This document shows positions 19,875-29,256 of a stretch of DNA of 64,000 nt, piece by piece. The stretch lies in the IMG/VR virus record IMGVR_UViG_3300035698_009139; one strand, given 5' to 3'. Positions within the stretch are counted from its first letter, which is position 1. Each line of letters begins with the position of its first letter. This stretch comes from a virus. Under the pieces are notes generated by a model. That model did not search any database. It saw only the letters and a program-made list of their open reading frames with translations, and had not been told where the DNA came from. Both the position numbers and the translations under genes were made by a program.

Positions 19875-20315
19875 ATGAAAAGTGAAGACATCATCGACCT
19901 TTGGACAGATGATTGCAAAGTAGACGACGTCGACCTAGATGTTGAGAGTCTGAAGATTCCTACTTTACATGGCAAGTATCTGAGAATCTACAGCAAGGAG
20001 CGCAAAATACTTCGGGCGCTGGAGATCAAACGCAAACAACTAAAGCAAACATTGTACGATTATTTTAAGGGCGATCTGAATGATCCGTCGACGCTAGAAG
20101 AATTGAAGCGTCAGCCTTTCGATCGGATTGTTTTGAAGAATGAGATCCCTGATATGATCGACGCCGACAACGCAATGATGCAGCTGAATATCAGAATGGC
20201 TGTTCAACGTGAGAGTGTTGAGGTATGTGAAGAGATTATGAAGTCGATTAACACACGTGGATTTGCAATCAAAAACGCTATTGAGTGGCGTCGCCTAACC
20301 AATTTTGGGACATAA
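19875..20315 (+). CDS. uvsY: Recombination mediator UvsY
   Basis: ESLKIPTLHGKYL, RGFAIKNAIEWRR; follows gp3 as in marine and alphaproteobacterial T4-likes. Confidence 0.88.
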   Translation: MKSEDIIDLWTDDCKVDDVDLDVESLKIPTLHGKYLRIYSKERKILRALEIKRKQLKQTLYDYFKGDLNDPSTLEELKRQPFDRIVLKNEIPDMIDADNAMMQLNIRMAVQRESVEVCEEIMKSINTRGFAIKNAIEWRRLTNFGT

Positions 20316-20318
20316 ATC

Positions 20319-20597
20319 ATGGGATATCTACCGCTAGAAAATCTGGCCGTATTCGCAGTCAAGAACACACAAGATAGCACTTATTTGAAACGCAGCAATG
20401 GCAAGCAAGCATGGGCTACGATCGGTGCCGCCAAAAATGCCTGGAATGCTGAGCACGAATCAGCTAGGGGTGAGTTCGATCGAATGGTCCGACATGGTAA
20501 ATGGGAGAGCGACCAGAGTACTGCAGAATGTGTTCGATTTAACCAACAGACCAAGTATGCAATCGTTAGACTGGAGTTGGTCCCGGATGGAGTTTGA
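20319..20597 (+). CDS. Hypothetical protein
   Basis: 92-aa ORF tightly packed after uvsY. Confidence 0.6.
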   Translation: MGYLPLENLAVFAVKNTQDSTYLKRSNGKQAWATIGAAKNAWNAEHESARGEFDRMVRHGKWESDQSTAECVRFNQQTKYAIVRLELVPDGV

Positions 20598-20760
20598 TAG
20601 AAAAGGCCTAGACGCAGCATTGCTAGCGATTGCTGATGGTTATGATTACAAAGTATTTGAAACATATGCTGAAGTAATGGTTGTAGTGACCAACCCGGAT
20701 TTTCAAGAAGACGACGGCAGCGACGTTAACCTAGTCATTGAAGTTTTGAATAGAGGATAA
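20587..20760 (+). CDS. Hypothetical protein (57 aa)
   Basis: SD GGAG and ATG 20587 overlapping the upstream gene end. Confidence 0.55.
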   Translation: MEFDRKGLDAALLAIADGYDYKVFETYAEVMVVVTNPDFQEDDGSDVNLVIEVLNRG

Positions 20761-20765
20761 CTAGT

Positions 20766-20951
20766 ATGCGAGCAGACTGGAAAGATTATGCTGACCGTGT
20801 AATGACAGCCGTATCTAGGGGTGCTGCATATCAACTAACATCTCGATTCGGGGGCGGGTATTATCTAACGGTTGATAACCCCGAGTGGAAAGTAGGTAGG
20901 AAATGCAACCGCCATTTGGTGCTATTTTTATCTGATGAGATATATGAATGA
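20766..20951 (+). CDS. Hypothetical protein
   Basis: SD GAGGA; ATGA overlap with the next gene. Confidence 0.55.
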   Translation: MRADWKDYADRVMTAVSRGAAYQLTSRFGGGYYLTVDNPEWKVGRKCNRHLVLFLSDEIYE

Positions 20952-21151
20952 CCATCCATTGCCCTGACTGCGGGTCGTTGATGGAGAGCATCAAAGATAT
21001 GTTCGAGCATCTGTATATGGCCCACGAGACCCCCATCGACGAAATCGCTGACCGCATGATACAGGTTGGCTTAATTAATCAAAAAGAACATGCATTTCTA
21101 ATGGAGAGGCACGAAGAAATCCTTGAGCAAAGTAACCGTTACAAAAGTTAA
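20948..21151 (+). CDS. Small Zn-finger-like protein (CxxC...HxxxxH)
   Basis: HCPDCG...EHLYMAHE. Confidence 0.55.
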   Translation: MTIHCPDCGSLMESIKDMFEHLYMAHETPIDEIADRMIQVGLINQKEHAFLMERHEEILEQSNRYKS

Positions 21152-22601
21152 CAACGTATTTCTAAGCGTAGAGTGCGATAGAGGTGTTGCCCAAGAACTC
21201 GGGGAATACTTCTGCTTCTATGCTTATAATTATCAATTCCATCCGATGTATAAAAATAAGGTTTGGGATGGTAAAATCCGTCTGCTAGACCGCCGAACAA
21301 ATCAGATGTACCTTGGCTTGTTCAAATATATTGAAAAGTTCTGCACGGAACGTGGATATTCCTTGGATATGGATCCGAGGCTCAGCGAGACTACTGAATA
21401 CTCTTTGCATGAAGCTCAAGTATTCAGTCGAGATCTGGCTGCGAAGTTAGACTTCGATCCTCACGATTTCCAGGAAGAGGGTTTAGCTCATGTGGTACGT
21501 AATAACGGCCGCTCTATATTGTTGTCTCCTACTGCAAGCGGTAAGTCATTCCTTATATATCTTCTGATCAAATATTACAACAGCAAAACTCTGATCATTG
21601 CGGATACAATCGGTCTAGTCGGCCAGATGAGAGACGACCTAATCGAATATGGGTATCCAGCCGATCAAATCCATACAGTAACTGGCGTTGATAAAAAATC
21701 ATCAGATAAGCAGTTGGTGATTGCTACCTGGAAGGGGTTGTACCGTCAAGACAAAAAGTATTTTGCACAGTACGAAGTAACGATTGGCGACGAGGTGCAT
21801 TTGTTTAATGCTAAGTCGCTGATCAAAATTATGACAAGTCTGACAAACAGCGGAGTGCGCGTCGGGCTTACTGGTACGTTGGACGATGTCCAAGTCCATC
21901 AGATTTCATTGGAGGGATTGTTCGGGCCCGTCAGACGTCTCGCTGAAACCAAGGATCTGATCGAGCGTGGAATTCTCAGCGACGTCAATATCAAAGGGCT
22001 GGTTCTGAAATACCACGCCGACGACCGAGCTATTTTGCGCAAACTGACAATGAAGCTCACCACTACAAAGAAGTTTCAAGCAGAGCGCTTGTATCTAACT
22101 AACCATAAGAGACGCCAGCGGTTCATCGTCAACTTAGCTCTATCGATGAAGGAAAACTCATTGGTGTTGTTTCAAATCGTCGAGCAAGGCAAAGAGCTTT
22201 ATGAGATGGTTAAAGCTGAAGCTGGCGATCGAAAAGTGTTTCTCGTTTATCAGAAAACTTCGATGGAGGCTCGACAAGAGATCCGCCGCATTACAGAGAA
22301 AGAAAAAGATGCCATTATCATTGCCTCATTCAAAACATTCGCTACGGGAACAAATATTCGCAATCTGTATCATGTCATTCTTGCAAATTCAGGTAAAGGC
22401 AAAATACGACTGCTGCAGAGTATCGGCCGCTCGCTACGAATCGGTCAGGATACTGCGTCGCTCGGAGCTACCATTTACGATATAGCTGATGATTTATCTA
22501 TGGGATCTTATGTGAATTATGCCATGCAACATTTTGTCGCGCGCATTAAAATATACGCTAAGGAAGGTTTCAAGTTCAAAACATACAACATTAAGCTTTA
22601 G
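21123..22601 (+). CDS. uvsW: DNA helicase UvsW
   Basis: WDGKIRLL, SPTASGKS, GDEVH, GLTGT, LQSIGRSLR, YDIADDL. Confidence 0.95.
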   Translation: MSKVTVTKVNNVFLSVECDRGVAQELGEYFCFYAYNYQFHPMYKNKVWDGKIRLLDRRTNQMYLGLFKYIEKFCTERGYSLDMDPRLSETTEYSLHEAQVFSRDLAAKLDFDPHDFQEEGLAHVVRNNGRSILLSPTASGKSFLIYLLIKYYNSKTLIIADTIGLVGQMRDDLIEYGYPADQIHTVTGVDKKSSDKQLVIATWKGLYRQDKKYFAQYEVTIGDEVHLFNAKSLIKIMTSLTNSGVRVGLTGTLDDVQVHQISLEGLFGPVRRLAETKDLIERGILSDVNIKGLVLKYHADDRAILRKLTMKLTTTKKFQAERLYLTNHKRRQRFIVNLALSMKENSLVLFQIVEQGKELYEMVKAEAGDRKVFLVYQKTSMEARQEIRRITEKEKDAIIIASFKTFATGTNIRNLYHVILANSGKGKIRLLQSIGRSLRIGQDTASLGATIYDIADDLSMGSYVNYAMQHFVARIKIYAKEGFKFKTYNIKL

Positions 22602-22690
22602 CTGCCAGCAGCAACCGTAGCTATCCTATTTCTGGGGGTACACCCCTATTATACTCAAGTTCAGAAGCCCCGACAACAAGGAATTTCGCC

Positions 22691-23263
22691 ATGAAGATGA
22701 AAAAGATTAAAAAGAAGCCGATTAATTATATTGACAAACCAGTATTCCTAGAAGCGATGCGCCAGCATAAGGAAAAGGTCAAGCAATATGAAATAGATAG
22801 AGTTGAAAACCCCGACCTGCTTGCACCGATGGTTTCAAATTACATTGGCGATTGTCTGTTGAAGATAGCAAAAGGTATCTCGTCGCGGCCCAACTTCTCC
22901 AGATATCCGTTCAGGGAAGAAATGGAAGGCGACGGAATTCAGAACTGTCTGCAGTATATAAACAACTTTGATCCAGCGCTGTCCAATAACCCGTTCGGTT
23001 ATTTTTCCAAGATCATATGGTTCGCCTTCCTTCGCAGAATCGAAAAAGAGCATACCAACCTATACACCAAGTATAAGATGATTCAGAACAATACAGCCCA
23101 GGTGGTCGACGGGGTCGATGGTGCAATCGAGTTGGGTATGATGTCCGATCACTCTGAATACTCGCAGGATTATATGTCTGAGTTTATTATCAACTACGAG
23201 CGAAAAAGAGATGAGAAAAGGGCCAAGACTAAGCTGGCTGCACAAAAGAAAAATGCTGTATAA
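22691..23263 (+). CDS. gp55: Late transcription sigma factor gp55
   Basis: NYIGDCLLKIA, PNFSRYPFREEM..DGIQNCLQYINNFDP, NPFGYFSKIIWFAFLRRIEKE. Confidence 0.95.
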   Translation: MKMKKIKKKPINYIDKPVFLEAMRQHKEKVKQYEIDRVENPDLLAPMVSNYIGDCLLKIAKGISSRPNFSRYPFREEMEGDGIQNCLQYINNFDPALSNNPFGYFSKIIWFAFLRRIEKEHTNLYTKYKMIQNNTAQVVDGVDGAIELGMMSDHSEYSQDYMSEFIINYERKRDEKRAKTKLAAQKKNAV

Positions 23264-23264
23264 T
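23259..23264 (+). promoter_or_regulatory. Sigma70-type -10 box (gp47 operon)
   Basis: GTATAATA context identical to the uvsY, gp43 and primase promoters; -35 is poor. Confidence 0.55.
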
Positions 23265-23291
23265 ACAACTAACTAAGAAAAGGTTAAGATA

Positions 23292-24359
23292 TTGAAGATC
23301 GCCTGTATAACTGATACCCACTTTGGCGCCCGAAACGATTCGCAAATATTCTTTGACTATTTTATGAAATTCTACGACGAGGTGTTCTTTCCCTATCTGG
23401 AGAAGAATGGCATCACGACGGTGATTCATTTGGGGGATATTGTTGATCGCCGGAAGTTCATCAACTTTGTTGTGCTTCATGGGTTCAGGAATCAATTCAT
23501 CAAGCAGTTTGTAGATCGCGGTATAGATCTGCACGTACTCGTTGGCAACCACGACACACCATATCGTAACACCAATGACATCAACGCCATGCAAGAATTG
23601 ATCAGCGAAGAAACAATCAAGCTGTACAGCGAGCCTGAATTGATGAACTTCGACGGCACGGATATTCTGATGATGCCGTGGATCAATAACGGCAACTTCT
23701 CCAAATGCATGGAGGTGATTGATAAGACGCCAGCGCAAATCATGTTCGCTCATTTAGAGATCATGGGTTTTGACACTATGGCAGCCGGCCTGAAATGTGA
23801 TACTGGATTCGACCGCAAGGTGTTCAATAAGTTTGATATTGTAGCATCCGGCCACTTTCATCACAGATCGTCTCAGGACAATATTCAATACCTTGGCGCC
23901 CCATATGAAATGACATGGGCTGATTACGGCGACCCTCGAGGATTCAATATATTCGATACGGATAAGAGAGAGTTCACGTTTATTCAGAACCCATACAAGA
24001 TGCACTATAAGTTGTTCTATGATGACAGCAATAAAACGGCCGGCGATATCATGCAAGCGGATTTTTCGTTTGTTGAAGACCGCTATATCAAAGTAGTTGT
24101 CGTCAGTAAGAAGAACAGTCTTTGGTTCGATAGCTATCTCGATCGCCTATATAAATTCAATCCTCAGAAGGTGACGATTATTGATGATGGGCGGCTGAGA
24201 GAAAACTTCGATGGGGATCTGATCGTCAATGAAGCAGAAGACACGCTGACGATCATAAATAACCGAATCGATCTAATCCGAGATGACGCGATCGACCCGA
24301 ATAGCGTAAAGCAAACTATTCAACGCTTGTATAACGAAGCGCTGATGATGGAGTATTGA
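23292..24359 (+). CDS. gp47: Recombination endonuclease gp47 (Mre11/SbcD-like)
   Basis: ITDTHFGAR, HLGDIVDRR, VGNHD, SGHFH, YLGAPYEMTWAD. Confidence 0.95.
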   Translation: MKIACITDTHFGARNDSQIFFDYFMKFYDEVFFPYLEKNGITTVIHLGDIVDRRKFINFVVLHGFRNQFIKQFVDRGIDLHVLVGNHDTPYRNTNDINAMQELISEETIKLYSEPELMNFDGTDILMMPWINNGNFSKCMEVIDKTPAQIMFAHLEIMGFDTMAAGLKCDTGFDRKVFNKFDIVASGHFHHRSSQDNIQYLGAPYEMTWADYGDPRGFNIFDTDKREFTFIQNPYKMHYKLFYDDSNKTAGDIMQADFSFVEDRYIKVVVVSKKNSLWFDSYLDRLYKFNPQKVTIIDDGRLRENFDGDLIVNEAEDTLTIINNRIDLIRDDAIDPNSVKQTIQRLYNEALMMEY

Positions 24360-26081
24360 TTGGCTATACAATTTGAGACTGTTCGTTATAAGAACTTTTT
24401 ATCCACTGGCAATGTATTCACAGAGATTCAACTAAATCGCACAACGACGACGTTGATTACTGGTGAGAATGGCGCAGGCAAGTCCACGTTGGCTGATGCT
24501 ATCTGCTTCGTGCTGTTTGGTTTACCTTACCGCGGCATCAACAAACCACAACTGGTCAACTCAATAAACAAAAAGCATCTACTCGTTGAAATTGAGTTCA
24601 ATGTTAATGGCATTGACTACCGAGTGCGCCGCGGAATCAAGCCGACTGTATTTGAAGTGTTCCGCGATGATACGCTTCTAAACCAGAATGCGAAGGCAGC
24701 AGACTACCAAGAACACTTGGAACGCCACATCCTCAATTTGAATTATCGGACGTTCAAGCAGATCGTAATCCTGGGGTCGTCGTCATTTATCCCATTCATG
24801 TCGCTGAAATCTGGGCCTCGCCGAGAAATTATTGAATCGCTGCTCGACCTACAGATCTTCACTTCGATGAATCGTCTACTGTCCGATAAATTCAAAGCAG
24901 TCAAGCGAAAGATATCTGATGCCGACCATAGCCTAATGTTGGCTACAGAGAAGCTGCAGATACATGAAGGCCATATGGCCACAATCAATCAGAGTGTTGC
25001 TGAACAGCTAGATCAGTTGAATAGTAAATTAGATGCCACGCACGCATCAATTGCTAGCAAAAGTGCGACAAGAGATAAGTTGCATCTCAAAATTGATGGG
25101 ATGAGCAAGCAGTTGTATGCATTCGCTAATACTGTACCTAAGATGGACAGAGCGCGTGGCTTGAGGGATCAAATCGTCTCCAAAAAAGACCGCGCCCTGA
25201 AACGAATTGAATTCTTCTATGATAACGATGAGTGTCCTACCTGTGCACAGAGTATCGATATTGCGTTTAAGAAAATTCAGGTGGATACGAAGAATCAATT
25301 TGTAATGGACGCAGAAGATGCCATCCGTAAAATCAAACAAACAATGGATGACTTGCTACAGGACGTGGAATCGCAAAATGATATCAATAGCCAGATCACA
25401 TCAACGAACGAGCGAATCATTGAGCTGAATACTGAGATACAAACGCTGAGCCGAGCGGGCGAGCAGATCGTTGCAGATATTGATTCAGTCAAAGAGGACA
25501 AGACCAATCTGAAAGAGAATCGGCGCGTTCAAAAGAATCTACGGCAACAGAAGAAGAACGCTGAACAGAAGCTCGCTGAAAACAAAAAGCAGCAAATCGA
25601 GCTAAATGTGTGCGGGGCTCTGTTGAAGGATAAGGGTATCAAGGCGGACATAATCAAACAGTATGTCCCTATTATGAATCAGGTCGTCAATCAGAATTTA
25701 GCTGCAATGGATTTCTTTGTTAACTTCGAGTTGGATGAAAATTTCAACGAGGTGATCAAATCCCGCCACCGAGATGAGTTTTCGTATACGTCATTCAGTG
25801 AGGGTGAGAAACAAAGAATCGATTTGGCCCTATTGTTTACGTGGCGAGCCATCGCGAAAATGAAGAACAGCATGTCAACGAATCTGCTGATACTTGACGA
25901 GACGTTTGATAGCAGCTTGGACACTACGGGTTGCGAAGACTTCTTGAAATTGATTTACAATCTTGGTGGGCAAACAAATACGTTTGTTATCAGTCATAAA
26001 GGTGATATGCTACAGGATAAATTCCATTCCAACATTAGATTTGAAAAAATCAAAGGATTCTCAAAGGTGACAGATGCTTGA
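24360..26081 (+). CDS. gp46: Recombination ATPase gp46 (Rad50/SbcC-like)
   Basis: KNFLSTGN, GENGAGKST, zinc hook CPTC, FSEGEKQRIDL, LILDE, ISHK. Confidence 0.96.
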   Translation: MAIQFETVRYKNFLSTGNVFTEIQLNRTTTTLITGENGAGKSTLADAICFVLFGLPYRGINKPQLVNSINKKHLLVEIEFNVNGIDYRVRRGIKPTVFEVFRDDTLLNQNAKAADYQEHLERHILNLNYRTFKQIVILGSSSFIPFMSLKSGPRREIIESLLDLQIFTSMNRLLSDKFKAVKRKISDADHSLMLATEKLQIHEGHMATINQSVAEQLDQLNSKLDATHASIASKSATRDKLHLKIDGMSKQLYAFANTVPKMDRARGLRDQIVSKKDRALKRIEFFYDNDECPTCAQSIDIAFKKIQVDTKNQFVMDAEDAIRKIKQTMDDLLQDVESQNDINSQITSTNERIIELNTEIQTLSRAGEQIVADIDSVKEDKTNLKENRRVQKNLRQQKKNAEQKLAENKKQQIELNVCGALLKDKGIKADIIKQYVPIMNQVVNQNLAAMDFFVNFELDENFNEVIKSRHRDEFSYTSFSEGEKQRIDLALLFTWRAIAKMKNSMSTNLLILDETFDSSLDTTGCEDFLKLIYNLGGQTNTFVISHKGDMLQDKFHSNIRFEKIKGFSKVTDA

Positions 26082-26580
26082 GCTATTGAAATCGGCCGAT
26101 CCGCGCCTGCGGCAAGAGACTAAGCCGTATGTGTTCCACGACCACTCTGATGTGCAGGCGCAGCAGATTGTTGATGCTCTTACGGAAGTCATGCGATCTA
26201 GTGGTGGGGTGGGGTTATCAGCGAATCAAATTGGAATGAAGTGGCGGGTGTTTATTATCAAAGTCGGTGATGAAATCGTGCCAATTTTTAATCCGAAACT
26301 CGTTGACACCTTCGGCGAAAACGTGTATTATGATGAAGGTTGTCTATCCTTCCCAAACCTGTTTATGAAAGTCAAACGCTTCCAAGGATTGCGTCTACGC
26401 TTTGCATCACAGAACGGTGAAGTTGATACGAAGAAATTCACAGGGATGACAGCGCGGATCATGCTGCATGAGATCGATCATTTGGACGGTGTAGTGTTTA
26501 CGGACCGGGCTAATCGTATGCAGCGTGAGCGTGGGATGAAAAAGAAGAAGCAACTAGATAGGCGAGCAAAGGCAGCATGA
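26074..26580 (+). CDS. def: Peptide deformylase
   Basis: GVGLSANQIG, EGCLSFP, HEIDHLDG. Confidence 0.95.
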   Translation: MLELLKSADPRLRQETKPYVFHDHSDVQAQQIVDALTEVMRSSGGVGLSANQIGMKWRVFIIKVGDEIVPIFNPKLVDTFGENVYYDEGCLSFPNLFMKVKRFQGLRLRFASQNGEVDTKKFTGMTARIMLHEIDHLDGVVFTDRANRMQRERGMKKKKQLDRRAKAA

Positions 26581-27035
26581 AATATGTATCAACAAAAACC
26601 TATAAAGACTTGGGTCCAGTGGCATATCGTCAATGGCGAGCTGAAAGTCACTGTAGGCACATTCACGGGTATTCGTTGTCATTCCACTTCGAGTTCACAG
26701 CAGATACCTTGGATGCACGAAACTGGGTTATGGACTTCGGCGGGCTCGGACCACTGAAGGATAATCTAGAAGACTGGTTCGACCATACGATGTTGGTGGC
26801 TGTTGATGACCCTGAGCGAGAAACTTTGTTAGCGCTTGCTGCAAAGGATTTGATCAAGGTAACGGAAGTGGAAAAGACCGGCTGTGAGGGGCTGGCAACA
26901 TTTCTATATGAATACATCAACACGATCTTTCTGAAAAATTACGGCGAGCAGGATCGCATCTGGTGCACTAAAGTAGAAGTGCGCGAGACTGAAAAGAACA
27001 TGGCGTATGTGACCGGGTATAGAGACATTGAGTAG
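26577..27035 (+). CDS. queD: 6-carboxy-5,6,7,8-tetrahydropterin synthase
   Basis: CRHIHGY, WVMDFGGL, FDH, VEVRET. Confidence 0.88.
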   Translation: MKYVSTKTYKDLGPVAYRQWRAESHCRHIHGYSLSFHFEFTADTLDARNWVMDFGGLGPLKDNLEDWFDHTMLVAVDDPERETLLALAAKDLIKVTEVEKTGCEGLATFLYEYINTIFLKNYGEQDRIWCTKVEVRETEKNMAYVTGYRDIE

Positions 27036-27417
27036 TATCAAGAACGACACTATGAGTGACCTCGCCGCCATAATTTGTAGAGAGATACAAATCGAAATCG
27101 ATAAAGAAATAACAGAATTACTTGCTTCTTCTGCAATAACTGGAGTGACAAAAGAACTGCCGGCCGCACCAACCGGTGATATGTTAGCTATACATAGATT
27201 CATCGGTTGGAAAGAAGACGGTCGCCAAGTGTATGGTGTTCGAGGAATGGGTCCCACTTACAAGAAATTCTACAATGAGTGGTATAACTCTACTCGAGTA
27301 GTGTGGTGCAGAGATGATTTTCCTTGGGACTACAACACTTTCACCAAACTCAGCGAAGCCGATCTAATAGATCAATGGGGCACCTATATTGAAGACATAG
27401 AGGAGGATACTGAATGA
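27028..27417 (+). CDS. Hypothetical protein with an N-terminal gp23 spine-helix-like segment
   Basis: DLAAIICREIQIEIDKEI resembles ELANILSAEILAEINREV of this phage's gp23. Confidence 0.6.
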   Translation: MSSIKNDTMSDLAAIICREIQIEIDKEITELLASSAITGVTKELPAAPTGDMLAIHRFIGWKEDGRQVYGVRGMGPTYKKFYNEWYNSTRVVWCRDDFPWDYNTFTKLSEADLIDQWGTYIEDIEEDTE

Positions 27418-28325
27418 TAGATAAAGAACACTTATACAGCGAAATCTTCTACTCGATTCAGGGTGAAGGCAAATACACTGGAGTTCCTACAGCTTGGCTG
27501 AGGTATTTCTCGTGTAACCTACAGTGTAATGGATTCGGTCAAGACTTTCCAACCAATCCATCAACACATGAGTTGCCTTACAAGGATATCAACCCGGCCG
27601 ATTACGATACGATGGAGGAATTGCCGGTGTTCGATAAGGGCTGCGATAGCTCGTATTCGTGGGCGTCCAAGTTCAAGTGCCTGCAACACAGCGACACTGC
27701 TGATGTGATTGTGGATAAGATTGCAGAAGCAGTTAGCACGGAAAGCAATCCAGAAGGGCTTTTCCACCACCCGAAAACACTGCAGCCAATTCATATGTGT
27801 TTCACAGGCGGAGAGCCAATGCTGAAAAACGCACAGCTTGCATCAGTTGAGATACTGAAACGTATGAGGGGCACATGTAATATTCCATCATCGATCACAT
27901 TTGAGACCAATGGCACTCAGCCGCTGACGGAAGAATTTACCAATCTGTTTGAAAACAAAGGGATGTTCTCAGGCGAACTATTCTTCTCAGTCAGCCCCAA
28001 ACTATATAACGTGTCTGGTGAAAAGCCAGAAAAGGCTATTAAGCCAGATGTTGTTAGACAGTATCAATATTTGTCAGGTGTCAAGAACGGCCAGCTGAAG
28101 TTCGTTGTGCGCGACAAACCCGAGGTCTGGGATGAGTTAGAAAAAGTGATCGAGCAGTTCAGATACGCCGGCGTGCAGTATCCTGTGTGGATCATGCCGG
28201 TTGGTGCTACAGTAGAAGAGCAAGAATCTTCGGCTGGCGATGTAGCAGAGAAGGCCTTCAAAAAAGGCTATAACGTAAGTTCCAGAGTGCATTGCTATCT
28301 CTGGGGAAACAAGATAGGAGTCTGA
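27414..28325 (+). CDS. queE: 7-carboxy-7-deazaguanine synthase (radical SAM)
   Basis: SEIFYSIQGEG, LRYFSCNLQC...GCDS, FTGGEPML, FETNGT, SVSPKL, RVHCYLWG. Confidence 0.9.
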   Translation: MIDKEHLYSEIFYSIQGEGKYTGVPTAWLRYFSCNLQCNGFGQDFPTNPSTHELPYKDINPADYDTMEELPVFDKGCDSSYSWASKFKCLQHSDTADVIVDKIAEAVSTESNPEGLFHHPKTLQPIHMCFTGGEPMLKNAQLASVEILKRMRGTCNIPSSITFETNGTQPLTEEFTNLFENKGMFSGELFFSVSPKLYNVSGEKPEKAIKPDVVRQYQYLSGVKNGQLKFVVRDKPEVWDELEKVIEQFRYAGVQYPVWIMPVGATVEEQESSAGDVAEKAFKKGYNVSSRVHCYLWGNKIGV

Positions 28326-28329
28326 GAAA

Positions 28330-29256
28330 TTGGGTATTGACTATTCTGGTAAAATGCCAGACTTGAAATTTGAATATGATGAAGCCCACGTTCCTGATCT
28401 GGAGAATCTACCTGACCCACAAGTAGACCCAATCATTCCTGGTGCACGTGTACCGATTCGTAAAGTCGGTATAGCGCCAGTTGATCTACCAATCATGGTT
28501 AAACGTCGTGATGGTACAACACAACAACTCCAAGCTCAGGCATCGTTGTACTGCTCATTGGACGATCCCGAAGCGAAGGGATTGAATCTATCACGCCTAT
28601 ATCTGATCATGCACGAAACGATCAAAGACCATTTGACGATCGAGGGATTGTCTGGCGCACTGAAACAATTGGCTGAAAAGCAGCACAGTAAGCATGCGTA
28701 CTGCAAGCTTCGGTTCAAGTATCCTTGGACGCAAGAGGCTTTACGTACTAAGGGCCTGCGTGGCCACATCGCATACGAGTGTGAAGTAGAAGCACAGCTG
28801 CATGACGGCGAGTATCGATTCTTTTTGACAGTTGATTACGTATACAGTAGCACATGTCCTTGTAGTTTCGAGTTAGCACATGATGCTACTTCGAAGCGCA
28901 ATGCAGCAGCGAATGCGCATTCCCAACGCAGCCACCTCAAGACCAAGATTGAATTCAGCTTGGACAATATTGTGTGGATCGAGGATCTGGTTGATCTATG
29001 TCGCCTGCATATTCCCACGGAGGTTCAAATCGTAGTTAAGCGAGCTGATGAGCAGGCGTTTGCAGAATTGAATGGAGCTAACCTTTTATTCAGTGAAGAC
29101 GTATGTCGTCTGATGTATGCAGCATTAGATAATTGGTTCGATGCTGGTGTGATCAGTGATTTCAGCATTGTTGTGTCACATGAGGAAAGCCTGCATCCTT
29201 GGAACGCTGTGGCTGTTACCAGCAAGTATAGTAATGATATGGGAGCACTGATGTGA
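28330..29256 (+). CDS. folE2: GTP cyclohydrolase I type IB
   Basis: LPDPQ, IRKVGI, KGLNLSR, YSSTCPCS, AHSQRS, VKRADEQAFAELN, ESLH. Confidence 0.9.
   Translation: MGIDYSGKMPDLKFEYDEAHVPDLENLPDPQVDPIIPGARVPIRKVGIAPVDLPIMVKRRDGTTQQLQAQASLYCSLDDPEAKGLNLSRLYLIMHETIKDHLTIEGLSGALKQLAEKQHSKHAYCKLRFKYPWTQEALRTKGLRGHIAYECEVEAQLHDGEYRFFLTVDYVYSSTCPCSFELAHDATSKRNAAANAHSQRSHLKTKIEFSLDNIVWIEDLVDLCRLHIPTEVQIVVKRADEQAFAELNGANLLFSEDVCRLMYAALDNWFDAGVISDFSIVVSHEESLHPWNAVAVTSKYSNDMGALM

Noticed and set aside
22634-22655. GGGG/CCCC hairpin and TATACT upstream of gp55
   Set aside because: Stem is short and there is no convincing -35; insufficient to call
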